This document shows, one piece after another, positions 1 through 9,432 of a stretch of DNA of 50,420 bases (position 1 is its first letter; each line of letters begins with the position of its first letter). The DNA comes from an uncultured Acidobacteriota bacterium (GTDB lineage Bacteria > Acidobacteriota > Terriglobia > JAJPHL01). The notes under the pieces were generated by a model, which had not been told where the DNA came from, did no database searches, and saw nothing but the letters and a program-made list of their open reading frames with translations. The stretch covers positions 1-50,420 of the forward strand of contig CAZRND010000001.1 of the NCBI GenBank assembly GCA_964601345.1, given 5' to 3'. The translations under genes were made by a program, and so were the position numbers.

Positions 1-1002
1 CTGCTCGCGCGTGGCATCGCGCTGAAGAACATGGAGACGGGCGAGCCGCTCGAACGCATTCGCAAGCAGGTGCAAAGCGCCAACGTATACTTCGGCGCGC
101 GGCCGGTCGCGGATGCGCTGCGCCAAGGCGCCCAGATCGTCATCACAGGACGATGCACCGATACCGGCGTGGCGCTCGCGCCGATGATCCATGAATTCGG
201 CTGGGCGGAGAACGATTGGGACCGGCTCGCGGCGGGCACCATCGCGGGACACACCGTCGAGTGCGGCGCGCAATCGACCGGCGGCAACTGCATGGTCGAT
301 TGGGACACGATCCCCAACTACGCGGACATCGGATACCCCATCATCGAAGCTGAGCCGGACGGAACCTTCGTCATCACCAAGCACAGCGGCACCGGCGGGC
401 GCCTCACCGTTGCGTCGGTGAAGGCGCAGCTCGTTTAAGGAATGGGCGACCCGCACGAATACATCACGCCGGACTGCATCGCCGACTTCACGACGATTCA
501 TCTCGAACAGCAAGGTCCCGACCGCGTGCGCTTCTCGGGAATCCGCGGGCGTGCAGCAACAGACATGTACAAGGTATCAATTAGTTATTCGGCGGGCTTC
601 AAAGCCATCGGATCGCTGATTTACGCCTGGCCGGACGCGTATCGCAAGGCGCAGGCGGGCGATCGCATCCTGCGCGAGCGGCTCAACCGATTGGGTCTGC
701 GCTACGACGAAGTGCTCACGGAATTTGTCGGCGTCGGGGCGTGCCATGGCGCGCTCGCCGGTGCGCCGGCGGCGGATATCGCGGAAGTCGGCATGCGCAT
801 CGGCGTGCGGTCGAGCGACAAGGCGGCCGTCGAGCGCTTCACCAAGGAGATTGCGCCGCTCGTGCTCAATGGTCCGCCGACGGTGACGGGATTCGCGGGC
901 GGGCGTCCGAAAGTGGAAGAGATCGTGGCCTACTGGCCGGCGCTGATTCCGAAGAGCGCCGTGCAGCCGAAGATCGCGATCCGGGAGCCGGCGCATGCCT
1001 AA
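1..1002 (+). pseudogene. DUF1446 / AtuA-family protein (acyclic-terpene-utilisation-like); 5' end lies outside the window; split by an in-frame TAA at 436-438
   Basis: Frame 1 is open from nt 1. ORFs 31-438 and 442-1002 are in the same frame and read ...[25 protein letters not shown]. From memory, DUF1446 proteins carry a QLLYE(I/M)GDPxxYxxPD core here, so the stop sits where Tyr is expected. Confidence 0.6.
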
Positions 1003-1312
1003 GGTGAAGCTCATCGAGATCGCGCATGCCCGCTCCGGCGACAAGGGCGACACGGCGAACGTCGGGCTGATTGCGCGCGACGCGAAGCATTATCCGATAC
1101 TCGTCCAGCAGGTCACGGCGGCGCGCGTCAAGGAACACTTCGTGGGCATATGCCTCGGCGAGGTCGAGCGCTTCGAAATCCCGAACCTGGGCGCGCTGAA
1201 TTTCCTGCTGCATCGCAGCCTCGACGGCGGCGGCACCGTTTCGCTGAAGACCGACGCGCAGGGCAAGACCTACAGCTCCGCCCTGCTGCGCATGGAAGTC
1301 GAGATTCCATGA
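995..1312 (+). CDS. Small AtuA-associated protein, equivalent to the C-terminal ~100-aa domain of long AtuA proteins
   Basis: 105-aa ORF overlapping the DUF1446 ORF by 8 nt. The motif [18 protein letters not shown] is typical of the small partner or C-terminal domain of DUF1446 proteins (recollection, not searched). Confidence 0.55.
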   Translation: MPKVKLIEIAHARSGDKGDTANVGLIARDAKHYPILVQQVTAARVKEHFVGICLGEVERFEIPNLGALNFLLHRSLDGGGTVSLKTDAQGKTYSSALLRMEVEIP

Positions 1313-1707
1313 CCGTCGACGCTATGGTGCGCGTGCGGTACGCCGAAACCGATCAGATGGGCGTGGCTTATTACGGAAACTACTTCACCTGGTTTGAAGT
1401 GGGGCGCGTCGAGTGGTGCAAGGCCGCGGGATTCAACTATCGCGACATGGAGCGCGAGGACGGCGCGCTGATGGTGGTGGCCGAAGCCACGTGCCGGTAC
1501 AAATCGCCCGCCCGCTTCGACGATGAGCTGACGATCCGCACTTCCATCCGCCGGGCGCGCAGCAAGCTGATCGTCTTCGGATACGAAGTGCGTCGAGACT
1601 CCGAGTTGCTGGCCACGGGCGAGACGACGCACCTGGTTACTGGCGCCGATCTCGCGCCGCGAGCCCTGCCGGAAAAGTATCGGGCGCTGATTTCCGCCGC
1701 GGTGTAA
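1309..1707 (+). CDS. Acyl-CoA thioesterase, 4HBT / YbgC-type hotdog fold
   Basis: ATG at 1309 overlaps the previous stop (ATGA). The N-terminus VRVRYAETDQMGVAYYGNYFTWFEVGR is a classic 4HBT thioesterase motif. The longer ORF from 1150 is an Arg-rich extension overlapping the upstream gene. Confidence 0.8.
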   Translation: MTVDAMVRVRYAETDQMGVAYYGNYFTWFEVGRVEWCKAAGFNYRDMEREDGALMVVAEATCRYKSPARFDDELTIRTSIRRARSKLIVFGYEVRRDSELLATGETTHLVTGADLAPRALPEKYRALISAAV

Positions 1708-1709
1708 CG

Positions 1710-3215
1710 ATGATCGAGCTTGACGGAAATTCCCTCTCCCTTGCGGCATTCGCCGACGTAGTGTCCCGCGGCGCCGAGGTGCGCCTCGGCGCCAAGGCCC
1801 GCGCGCGAATGGAAGAGTCGCGCGCCGCCGTACAGCGACTGGTCGAGTCGGGCGCGGTCGTCTACGGCGTCACCACCGGATTCGGGCTGCTCAGCGACCG
1901 CGCCGTCGGGCGCGATCAGCTTCGCGAACTGCAAATCAATCTGCTGCGGTCGCACGCCTGCGGCGTGGGAGCGCCGCTCTCGGAAACCGAGACGCGCGGA
2001 CTGCTGCTGCTGCGCGCCAACGTCCTGGCCAAAGGACTCTCGGGCGTCCGTCCCGCAGTCGCGGACTTGCTTTGCGCCATGCTGAAACGCGGCGTGCATC
2101 CCATAGTGCCGTCGCAAGGATCGGTGGGCGCGAGTGGCGATCTCGCGCCGCTCGCGCACCTCGCCCTGGTCGTGATCGGCGAAGGCGAAGCGATCTTCGA
2201 AGACCGGCGCATGCCGGGCGGCGAAGCGCTCTCGCGCTCGGGGCTGGCGAAGATCGAGCTCGAAGCCAAAGAAGGCCTGGGATTGCTGAACGGCACGCAG
2301 GCCATGCTTTCGCTCGGCCTGCTCGCCGTCGCGCAGGCGCAGGTGCTCGTCGATACCGCGGACGTCATCGGCAGCATGACGCTCGACGCGCTGAAGGGAA
2401 CGCCCAGCGCCTTCGACGAGCGGCTGCACGATTTGGCCCGCCCGCATGCGGGCCAGATCGAAAGCGCGCGGAACCTGCGGCGCCTCAACGCCGGCAGCGA
2501 AATCCGCGAATCGCACCGTACCGGCGATTCGCGCGTCCAGGATGCGTACAGTCTGCGCTGCATGCCGCAAGTGCACGGAGCGTCCAGAGGCGTCGTCAAG
2601 CATGTGCGCGACGTGCTTGAAGTCGAGATGAACAGCGCGACGGATAATCCGCTCGTCTTCGGCTCGGAAGTAATTTCGGGCGGCAACTTTCACGGCCAGC
2701 CGCTGGCCCTGGCGCTCGATTACCTGGCGCTCGGCCTGCAATCGATCGCCGGAATTTCCGAGCGACGAACGGAACGGCTCGTCAATCCATATCTCAACGA
2801 GGAGCTTCCCGCATTTCTCGCGCACCGGCCGGGAATCGATTCCGGCCTGATGAACGTCCAGGTCGCGGCGGCAGCCCTGGTCTCGGAGAACAAAGTGCTG
2901 GCGCATCCCGCCTCCGCGGATTCCATCCCCACCTCCGGCAACAAGGAGGATTTCGTGAGCATGGGTATGGGCGCGGCGCTCAAGCTGCGGCGGGTGATCG
3001 AGAACACCCGCGGCGTTTTGGCGATCGAAGCGATTTGCGCCGCTCAAGGCCTCGACGCCCGCCCGCAAAAGACTTCCCCGCTCTGCGACAAAGCCCGCGC
3101 GATAATTCGCTCGGCGTCGCCCGCGCTCGGGCCCGACCGCTCGCTCGCGCCTGATATCGCCGCCGTCTCGGAGCTGATCGCGGCGGGCCGCCTGGCCGCC
3201 GTGCTCGCGGAATGA
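1710..3215 (+). CDS. hutH: Histidine ammonia-lyase (HAL/PAL family, MIO prosthetic group)
   Basis: 501 aa. It has YGVTTGFG, NLLRSHACGVG (Ser-His pair as in HAL) and the MIO-forming GASGDLAPLAHL triad. Confidence 0.85.
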   Translation: MIELDGNSLSLAAFADVVSRGAEVRLGAKARARMEESRAAVQRLVESGAVVYGVTTGFGLLSDRAVGRDQLRELQINLLRSHACGVGAPLSETETRGLLLLRANVLAKGLSGVRPAVADLLCAMLKRGVHPIVPSQGSVGASGDLAPLAHLALVVIGEGEAIFEDRRMPGGEALSRSGLAKIELEAKEGLGLLNGTQAMLSLGLLAVAQAQVLVDTADVIGSMTLDALKGTPSAFDERLHDLARPHAGQIESARNLRRLNAGSEIRESHRTGDSRVQDAYSLRCMPQVHGASRGVVKHVRDVLEVEMNSATDNPLVFGSEVISGGNFHGQPLALALDYLALGLQSIAGISERRTERLVNPYLNEELPAFLAHRPGIDSGLMNVQVAAAALVSENKVLAHPASADSIPTSGNKEDFVSMGMGAALKLRRVIENTRGVLAIEAICAAQGLDARPQKTSPLCDKARAIIRSASPALGPDRSLAPDIAAVSELIAAGRLAAVLAE

Positions 3216-3940
3216 AAATCTCCGCCGCCATCATCACGCTCAACGAAGAACGCAACCTGCCCCGCCTGCTCGAATCACTCACCTGCGTCGACGAAATCGT
3301 TGTGGTGGACTCGGGCTCGACAGACCGGACAAAGGAAATCGCCGAACGTTATGGCGCGCGCGTCATCGCGCACGACTGGCCCGGCTATGCGGCGCAGAAA
3401 AACTTCGCCGCTGCGCAAGCAGCGAACGACTGGATATTGTCCCTCGACGCCGACGAAGCCCTCACGGAAAATCTGCAGGCCGAGATCCTGCAGCTCAAGG
3501 AAAAAGAGCCGCAGGTCGTCGGATTCCGCTTCCCGCGCCTTGCGCAGTATCTCGGACGCTGGATTTTTCACAGCGGCTGGTATCCCGACAGCAAGATTCG
3601 TCTCTACGATCGCCGCCGCGGCCGCTGGGTCGGAGATTACGTCCACGAGAGCGTCACAGTGGACGGCCCGGTGGCCGAGCTGGCCGGGCCCCTGAACCAT
3701 TTCACTTGCAACAGCCTGGACGAGCATCGCCGCACGCTCGAGCGTTACACGTCGCTTGCGGCGCAGGAGTTGCGCGCCCGCGGTGAACGCGCCGGAATCG
3801 CGCGACTCGTGCTCTCGCCGCCTGCGACGTTTCTTCGGAGTTATATCCTGAAGCTGGGATTTCTGGACGGCTATCCGGGATTCCTGATTGCCGTGATGGC
3901 GGCTCGGTACGTCTTCAAGAAGTACTCGAAAACGCGATGA
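3212..3940 (+). CDS. Family 2 glycosyltransferase
   Basis: 4-nt overlap with hutH. N-terminal ISAAIITLNEERNLPRLLESL...VVVDSGSTDRT...SLDADE (DxD) is typical GT2. Confidence 0.8.
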   Translation: MKISAAIITLNEERNLPRLLESLTCVDEIVVVDSGSTDRTKEIAERYGARVIAHDWPGYAAQKNFAAAQAANDWILSLDADEALTENLQAEILQLKEKEPQVVGFRFPRLAQYLGRWIFHSGWYPDSKIRLYDRRRGRWVGDYVHESVTVDGPVAELAGPLNHFTCNSLDEHRRTLERYTSLAAQELRARGERAGIARLVLSPPATFLRSYILKLGFLDGYPGFLIAVMAARYVFKKYSKTR

Positions 3941-4830
3941 ACATCCTGCACATCGACCTCGGGCGGGAAATGCGCGGCGGCCAGTATCAAGCGCTGATCC
4001 TGATGCAGGCGCTCGCGGAGCGAGGTCACCGCCAGTTGCTGCTCACGGCCAAAGGTTCGCCGTTGCTCGGCGCCGCGCGCGAGGCGGGGATCGAAGCCGC
4101 GCCGAAGGGCTGGCGGATGCCCGCGGAATTTGACTTGATCCACGTGCACGACGCCAAGGCACATTCGCTCGCCGCACTCCAGTCGGGCAAGACACCGGTG
4201 GTCGTTTCGCGGCGCGTCGCATTTCCGGTGAAGCGCGGAGTGGCGTCCCGATGGAAATACGGTCGCGCCGCGCACTATATCGCAGTGTCCGATTTCGTCC
4301 GCGGCCAGTTGGCGCGAGCCGGCGTTCCGTCTCGGAAGATCACGGTGATCTACGATGGCGTGCGGATGCCGAAGGCAATCCGAAAGCAGTCGCACGGTAA
4401 GTTCGTTGCCGGAGCGATCGCCGCGCCGTCGGAGAAGCCGGTGCGCATCTTTCTTGAGGCAGCGGCCGCCCGCCCGTCGATCGAAGGGCGCGTTGGCGAC
4501 GCCGCTGAAATCCAGAACTTTGACGTGCTCGTCTATCTTTCGAGCTCTGAAGGCCTGGGCTCGGGCATCCTCCTGGCGATGGCCCACGGGATTCCGGTGA
4601 TCGCCAGCAACGTCGGCGGCATCCCCGAGATCGTCGCTCACGAGAAGACCGGGCTGCTGGTCGAAAACACCGTGGATGCGGTCGGCCGCGCGCTCGATCG
4701 CCTCGCGGCCGATCGCGCTCTCTGCCGTACGATGGGAGCCGCGGGCCGCGATTGGGTGGCGTCGAACGCCACCGACGAGATCCTCGCCGCGCGTACCGAA
4801 GCCGTATACCGAAAGATACTGGGATCGTGA
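3937..4830 (+). CDS. GT-B glycosyltransferase (family 4/1-like), short form
   Basis: 4-nt overlap with the GT2 gene. C-terminal SSSEGLGSGILLAMAHGIPVIASNVGGIPEIV matches the E-x7-E region of GT4 enzymes. Confidence 0.7.
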   Translation: MNILHIDLGREMRGGQYQALILMQALAERGHRQLLLTAKGSPLLGAAREAGIEAAPKGWRMPAEFDLIHVHDAKAHSLAALQSGKTPVVVSRRVAFPVKRGVASRWKYGRAAHYIAVSDFVRGQLARAGVPSRKITVIYDGVRMPKAIRKQSHGKFVAGAIAAPSEKPVRIFLEAAAARPSIEGRVGDAAEIQNFDVLVYLSSSEGLGSGILLAMAHGIPVIASNVGGIPEIVAHEKTGLLVENTVDAVGRALDRLAADRALCRTMGAAGRDWVASNATDEILAARTEAVYRKILGS

Positions 4831-4834
4831 AGAA

Positions 4835-5761
4835 TTGTTTTATTCTGAGTGGGTGCCCGCCATCGCTGCCTTCCTCCTGGGCTTGATCATCGGCAGTTTT
4901 CAGAACGTTTGCATCTGCCGCCTCCCGAAGGACGAGTCCGTGGTGACGCCGCGCTCGCGCTGCCCGAAGTGCGGCCACTGGATCGCGTGGTATGAAAACA
5001 TTCCGCTGTTGAGTTATCTCGTCCTAAGAGGAAAGTGCAGCGGCTGCGGCGTCCGCATCTCGCCGCAGTATTTCTTTATCGAGCTCCTCTGCGGGCTGCT
5101 CTTCGCCTTCATCGCCGTGGAATTCGCGAGTCCGGCGATGCAGATCAAGTTCATGCTGATGGTCACGCTGCTCCTGCCGCTGGCGATCATCGACTTCGTC
5201 CATCGCATCCTGCCCGACGAGCTGACGCTGACCGGCTTCGTCATGGGCCTCGTCTTCAGCCTGCTCGTTCCGGTGGATGACGGCAGCGCCTGGCTCATCA
5301 CTCACGGCTGGCTTTCCTTGCCCGTCCCCGTCTTATCTCTGCTCGACGCGCTGCTCGGCGCGGCTTTCGGCGCGGGACTTCTTTACGGCATCGGCGAGCT
5401 GTGGCTGGCGTGGCGCGGGATTCACGCCATGGGCTTCGGCGACGTGAAGCTGATGGCGTTCGTCGGCGCATTTCTCGGGACCAAGCTTACGCTGCTGACA
5501 ATCTTTCTCGGGTCGCTGGGAGGCAGCGTCCTGAGTTTGCCGCTGTGGATCTACTTCCTCTTGCGAAGGGTTGGGCACGAAGCGCGCAGCAAGAGGACGC
5601 GGACCAGCCGCGAAAGATTCGAGCGCATTATTCCGGGCACGTTTCGGTTTACTATGTCCGCGTTCCGGTTGCAGTTCGGTACGGTGCTTTCCGTCACCGC
5701 GCTCGTCGCCGGAATCTGGGGGAAGGAGATGCTCGGTTGGTACTTGGGCTTATTGTACTGA
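4835..5761 (+). CDS. Prepilin peptidase (A24 family; type IV pilin / pseudopilin leader peptidase-methylase)
   Basis: Cys box CRLP...CPKCGHWIAWYENIPLLSYLVLRGKCSGCG, catalytic Asp regions IDFVHRILPDE and GFGDVKLMAFVG, polytopic membrane protein. The start is uncertain: TTG 4835 or GTG 4853. The track ORF from 4676 overlaps the GT gene. Confidence 0.8.
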   Translation: MFYSEWVPAIAAFLLGLIIGSFQNVCICRLPKDESVVTPRSRCPKCGHWIAWYENIPLLSYLVLRGKCSGCGVRISPQYFFIELLCGLLFAFIAVEFASPAMQIKFMLMVTLLLPLAIIDFVHRILPDELTLTGFVMGLVFSLLVPVDDGSAWLITHGWLSLPVPVLSLLDALLGAAFGAGLLYGIGELWLAWRGIHAMGFGDVKLMAFVGAFLGTKLTLLTIFLGSLGGSVLSLPLWIYFLLRRVGHEARSKRTRTSRERFERIIPGTFRFTMSAFRLQFGTVLSVTALVAGIWGKEMLGWYLGLLY

Positions 5762-5814
5762 TTCAACTTTCGCAGAAGGCCGCCGAGGACATCGCCCCGA
5801 CGTTCTACAAGGCC

Positions 5815-7110
5815 ATGGGGCTGCTGACCCTTCTGCTTTTCATCCTTGTGGGTGGAATTTTCCTGATCTATCGAACGTTTCGACAGGCGGCTCGCGACGC
5901 CGGCGGTCTGAAGGAGAAAGTTCCGCGCACCGATAATCCTGCCTTCGTGATGGCCACGTTTCAGGGAGTCATCAAGCAGATGCGCGAGCAGGAGAAGGAA
6001 CTCGAACGCCTGCACCAGCTCGAGCGGCAGCGCGCCGAGGAGAGCCAGCAGCTCGCGGCCACCATCATGAGGAACATGGCCACGGGACTGGTCATGCTGA
6101 ATTCCCGCGGCATCATTACCGAGTGCAATCCGGCCGCCAAGATCGTGCTGGGACATCAACTACTCGTGGGACGCAGCTATCGCGAGACGTTTTGGCCCGA
6201 TTACCACGCGGGCGGAACCGAGCCACCTCCCCCGGGCATGCTGAGCTTGGAAGATTGCCTGAAAACGGGCAGCACGGTGCGCCGCATGCAGATGACGTAT
6301 CGCGCCCCCAACTCCCAGAACATGGTCCTGGGAATCGGCTTCTCGCCCATCCGCGCGGCCGACGGGACCATTGGAGGCGCCATCCTCTTGCTGACCGACC
6401 TCACGGAAATCACCGCGCTCCAGCAGGAAGTGCGCCTCAAGGAACACATGGCGGCGCTCGGCGAGATGGCCGCCGGCATCGCTCACGAGTTCAAGAACTC
6501 GCTCGCGACCATCTCGGGCTACAGCCAGTTGCTCGAAAGCGCCACGCTCGAAGAGACGCATGTCTTCGCGGCGAAGATCGTCAGCGAGACGCAGTTCCTG
6601 GCCAAGATCGTCAACGAGTTTTTGAATTTCTCGCGGCCTCTGAGCCTGGTGGCCGCGCAGGTGGACACCCGCCGGCTCGTGGAAGACAGCTTCGCGGAGA
6701 TCCACGACCGCGGAAAATTCCCCGGCGTGACGCTCGAGATGACCGGCGAGTTCCCCACCATCCAGGCCGACGCCACCCTGCTGCGCCAAGCCTTTTCAAA
6801 CCTGCTGCGCAACGGATGCGAAGCCATCGGCGACAAGAAGGCGGGCCGCCTGCTCGTGCAGTCGCACCTCGAACAGGAAGACGGCCGGCAGATGGTGAAA
6901 ATGAATTTTCAGGACGAGGGCGGAGGAATCGAGGCGGGCAATCTCGACAAGGTTTTCATCCCGTTCTTTACGACGAAGAACTCCGGAACCGGCCTGGGGC
7001 TGCCGCTGGTCCACAAGATCGTGGTCAATCACAATGGAAAGATCGCCGTGGAGAATGTTCCAGGAATGGGCGCGAGTTTCACGGTGACGCTGCCGCTTAC
7101 GACCGGCTGA
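5815..7110 (+). CDS. Membrane-anchored PAS sensor histidine kinase (NtrB/AtoS-like H-box)
   Basis: ATG 5815 precedes the TM helix MGLLTLLLFILVGGIFLIY. It has a PAS-like segment (MATGLVMLNSRGIITECNPAA), H-box HEFKNSLATISGYSQLL and ATPase G-boxes (DEGGGI, GTGLGLPLV). Confidence 0.8.
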   Translation: MGLLTLLLFILVGGIFLIYRTFRQAARDAGGLKEKVPRTDNPAFVMATFQGVIKQMREQEKELERLHQLERQRAEESQQLAATIMRNMATGLVMLNSRGIITECNPAAKIVLGHQLLVGRSYRETFWPDYHAGGTEPPPPGMLSLEDCLKTGSTVRRMQMTYRAPNSQNMVLGIGFSPIRAADGTIGGAILLLTDLTEITALQQEVRLKEHMAALGEMAAGIAHEFKNSLATISGYSQLLESATLEETHVFAAKIVSETQFLAKIVNEFLNFSRPLSLVAAQVDTRRLVEDSFAEIHDRGKFPGVTLEMTGEFPTIQADATLLRQAFSNLLRNGCEAIGDKKAGRLLVQSHLEQEDGRQMVKMNFQDEGGGIEAGNLDKVFIPFFTTKNSGTGLGLPLVHKIVVNHNGKIAVENVPGMGASFTVTLPLTTG

Positions 7111-8194
7111 GCACCCTCGCCGCCGTCAAGGCATAGGCGGCCGCGCAATCGGCGATATTTTTCACCGGAACAAACTCATTCGGCCCGTGCGAAACGGACA
7201 GCAGTCCCGGCCCATAGGCCAGCGCCGGAATACCCTGCCCGGCGTAGAAACGCGTCTCGAGTAGCCCTGGACACATCGCCAGCTCCGGACGCTTCCCGCT
7301 GACGGCCTTTACCGATTCCTGAAGCGCCATCGCGAGAGGATCTTCGGGCGCAGTTCCCGAAGCGCGTCCTTCCTGCAGGATCTCGACCTTGAGGCCGCGC
7401 AGAATCTCCATCAGCTTTGCTCTTTCAGCGGCCAGGTCTTCGCCGGGATTCGTGCGCCGATCGATGGTGAAGGAAAACTCGGCGGGAACGGCGTTGAAGC
7501 TGGTGCCGCCCTCGGCGCGACCGCCGAGCATCAGGATCGACCCGCGCGCTTCCACTTCGCGCTTCAGGTTGAGCAGAGCGCCTGCCACTGGAATCATTTT
7601 CTCGAAGGCGTTGATGCCGAGGTGCTGAAGTCCGACGTGCGCGGTCTTGCCGGGCACGGTGACGCGGAGGGAGATCGCGCCGCGGCTGGCGTTCCAAATG
7701 ACGCCGCCGGTCGGTTCGGCGGTGAGCATGCCGATGCCGCCGCGCCCGAGCACGCCGGCGCGCAACAGAGCTTCCGAACCTCGCCGCCCGCCGGTCTCCT
7801 CGTCGGGAACAAAGCACAATCCGATCCGACCGTCGAGCTCGACACGCGATTTCTCGATGGCCTTCACCGCGCCGATCATGGCCGCGAGGCCCGACTTCAT
7901 GTCCGATGATCCACGACCGAAGAGGTTCTGTCCCTTGACCGTCGGACGGAATTGACTCGGCGACTGCGCAGGCACCACGTCGTAATGACCGTGGAAGTAG
8001 AGCGTCCGCTTGCCGCGACCATGGAATGCCAGGAGGCACTCGCCGTGCCGCTCGCTCTTGAGTCCAAGGCGCCGGAGGCGGCGTTCCAGTTCGGCGCGGC
8101 AAGGTTTCTCGTCCGGGATAGCGACGAGCCGGCGCGTGATCTCGATCATCTCGCGGCGCAGCGATGCCACCGCCGCGAGAATGCGCTCGTTCAT
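7097..8194 (-). CDS. M20 family metallopeptidase (ArgE/DapE-like deacylase)
   Basis: HGHYDVVPA, FGRGSSDMKSGLAAMI and VPDEETGG motifs. The 3' end overlaps the convergent kinase gene by 14 nt. Confidence 0.8.
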   Translation of the reverse strand: MNERILAAVASLRREMIEITRRLVAIPDEKPCRAELERRLRRLGLKSERHGECLLAFHGRGKRTLYFHGHYDVVPAQSPSQFRPTVKGQNLFGRGSSDMKSGLAAMIGAVKAIEKSRVELDGRIGLCFVPDEETGGRRGSEALLRAGVLGRGGIGMLTAEPTGGVIWNASRGAISLRVTVPGKTAHVGLQHLGINAFEKMIPVAGALLNLKREVEARGSILMLGGRAEGGTSFNAVPAEFSFTIDRRTNPGEDLAAERAKLMEILRGLKVEILQEGRASGTAPEDPLAMALQESVKAVSGKRPELAMCPGLLETRFYAGQGIPALAYGPGLLSVSHGPNEFVPVKNIADCAAAYALTAARVLSRS

Positions 8195-8688
8195 GCCCGA
8201 AGTTTTTGCCGGAGCGCCGCGATTTGCTGCAGGTGGTTGACGTCGTGCCCGGCGCAGGTCTCAAGCGTCTCGCCGAGTCCCACCTCTCCGCGCTCGAGAT
8301 GCCGGCCGGTGCGGGCCAGGTCGGCCTTCGGAAGCGTCTTGGCAAAGCGTAGCTCCGCCTCGCGCAGGACGCGAAAGCGCTCGAGCGTCTGAGCAAACGA
8401 TTCTTTTTCGCGCACGCGGCCGCTCGCCCACTTATCCTGATCGAAGGGAACCAGCGTGGGATGGTCCTCGAACGCGATCCACCGGCAGCGCACCGAGAAG
8501 ACCAATTCGCAATCCGCCAGGTGCGCGACGATTTCCTGGATCGACCACTTGCCCGGAGCCGGCGATTTCGCAAGCTGCCGGGGCGTCAGGCCCTTCACCA
8601 ACTTGGTGATCGACGCATAAGTAGCGCTCATGATTTTGACTGCGTCCTTGCCTTCCAAGAACTTCGCATATGGATTCATGTCCAGCAT
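8191..8688 (-). CDS. DinB-superfamily protein
   Basis: 165 aa with WSIQEIVAHLADCELVF and C-terminal CAGHDVNHLQQI His motifs, typical of DinB_2 four-helix bundles. ATGA overlap with the M20 gene. Confidence 0.7.
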   Translation of the reverse strand: MLDMNPYAKFLEGKDAVKIMSATYASITKLVKGLTPRQLAKSPAPGKWSIQEIVAHLADCELVFSVRCRWIAFEDHPTLVPFDQDKWASGRVREKESFAQTLERFRVLREAELRFAKTLPKADLARTGRHLERGEVGLGETLETCAGHDVNHLQQIAALRQKLRA

Positions 8689-8751
8689 GGTAACACTTCA
8701 TACACGCCGCCTCCGTAGGGCGCTTCACGGTTCGCTGATATAATTTGCGGA

Positions 8752-9360
8752 TTGGCTAAAGGAAGCTCCCGCGGAAAAATTCTTGCCGGCCTGGCGGTTC
8801 TGCTCGCGCTGTTCGCGGGCTACGCCTTTCACCGCCCGTTGCTCACCGCTCTCGGCGGGATGCTGGTGGAGGACGACCCGCTTCAAAAATGCGACGCCGC
8901 CGTGGTGCTCAGCGGCGAGCCCGGAGACGGCCTTCGCACGCGGGCCGCGGTGAAGCTCTACAAAGAGGGCTGGGTCCGGAAGATCGTGCTCAGCGGAGCG
9001 CGCGGCTCCTTCAACCATCACGAGAGCGATTTTTCACAGCCGCTCGCGATCTCTCTCGGCGTTCCACGCGACGATACCATCGCCGTCCCCCACTCCGCGC
9101 TCTCGACGCTCGAAGAAGTACAGACCCTGGCGCCGCAGATCGAACAAAAAGGGCTGCGCTCGATCATCGTCGTGACTTCGAACTACCACACCCGGCGCGC
9201 CGCGCGCTACTTCCGGCGCGTGTCGCGGGGGCGTCTCGAAGTCCGCGCCGCGGCCGCCACCGACAACTGGTTCTTCGTCGATTCGTGGTGGCACACCCGC
9301 GAAGGACTGAAAACCTTCTTCTACGAGTTCACCAAGCAGTTCGATTCCGTGCTGGAATAG
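8752..9360 (+). CDS. DUF218 / YdcF (ElyC)-family protein with N-terminal membrane anchor
   Basis: TTG start. TM segment ILAGLAVLLALFAGYAF, then AAVVLSGEPGDG...IVVTSNYHTRRAARYF, characteristic of DUF218. Confidence 0.7.
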   Translation: MAKGSSRGKILAGLAVLLALFAGYAFHRPLLTALGGMLVEDDPLQKCDAAVVLSGEPGDGLRTRAAVKLYKEGWVRKIVLSGARGSFNHHESDFSQPLAISLGVPRDDTIAVPHSALSTLEEVQTLAPQIEQKGLRSIIVVTSNYHTRRAARYFRRVSRGRLEVRAAAATDNWFFVDSWWHTREGLKTFFYEFTKQFDSVLE

Positions 9361-9367
9361 ATTGCGC

Positions 9368-9396
9368 TTGACAAGGCCCACACCCGTGTTTACACT
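9368..9396 (+). promoter_or_regulatory. Putative sigma-70 promoter of the TonB-dependent receptor gene
   Basis: TTGACA (9368-9373), exactly 17 nt, then TACACT (9391-9396). It lies ~37 nt upstream of ATG 9433, which is preceded by GGGGGTGGG. Confidence 0.4.
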
Positions 9397-9432
9397 TCCT
9401 TTAGCGCTAAAATAACTCTTGGGGGTGGGACC

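Noticed and set aside
1437-3068. Very long antisense or alternative-frame ORFs are common in the window. Examples are 1437-3068 (-), 9034-10971 (-), 16732-17541 (-), 31733-33520 (+), 39863-41290 (+) and 44443-45792 (-).
   Set aside because: These are Arg/Ala/Gly-rich, motif-free translations lying opposite or out of frame to genes with clear family signatures. They are typical stop-codon-poor shadow ORFs of high-GC DNA.
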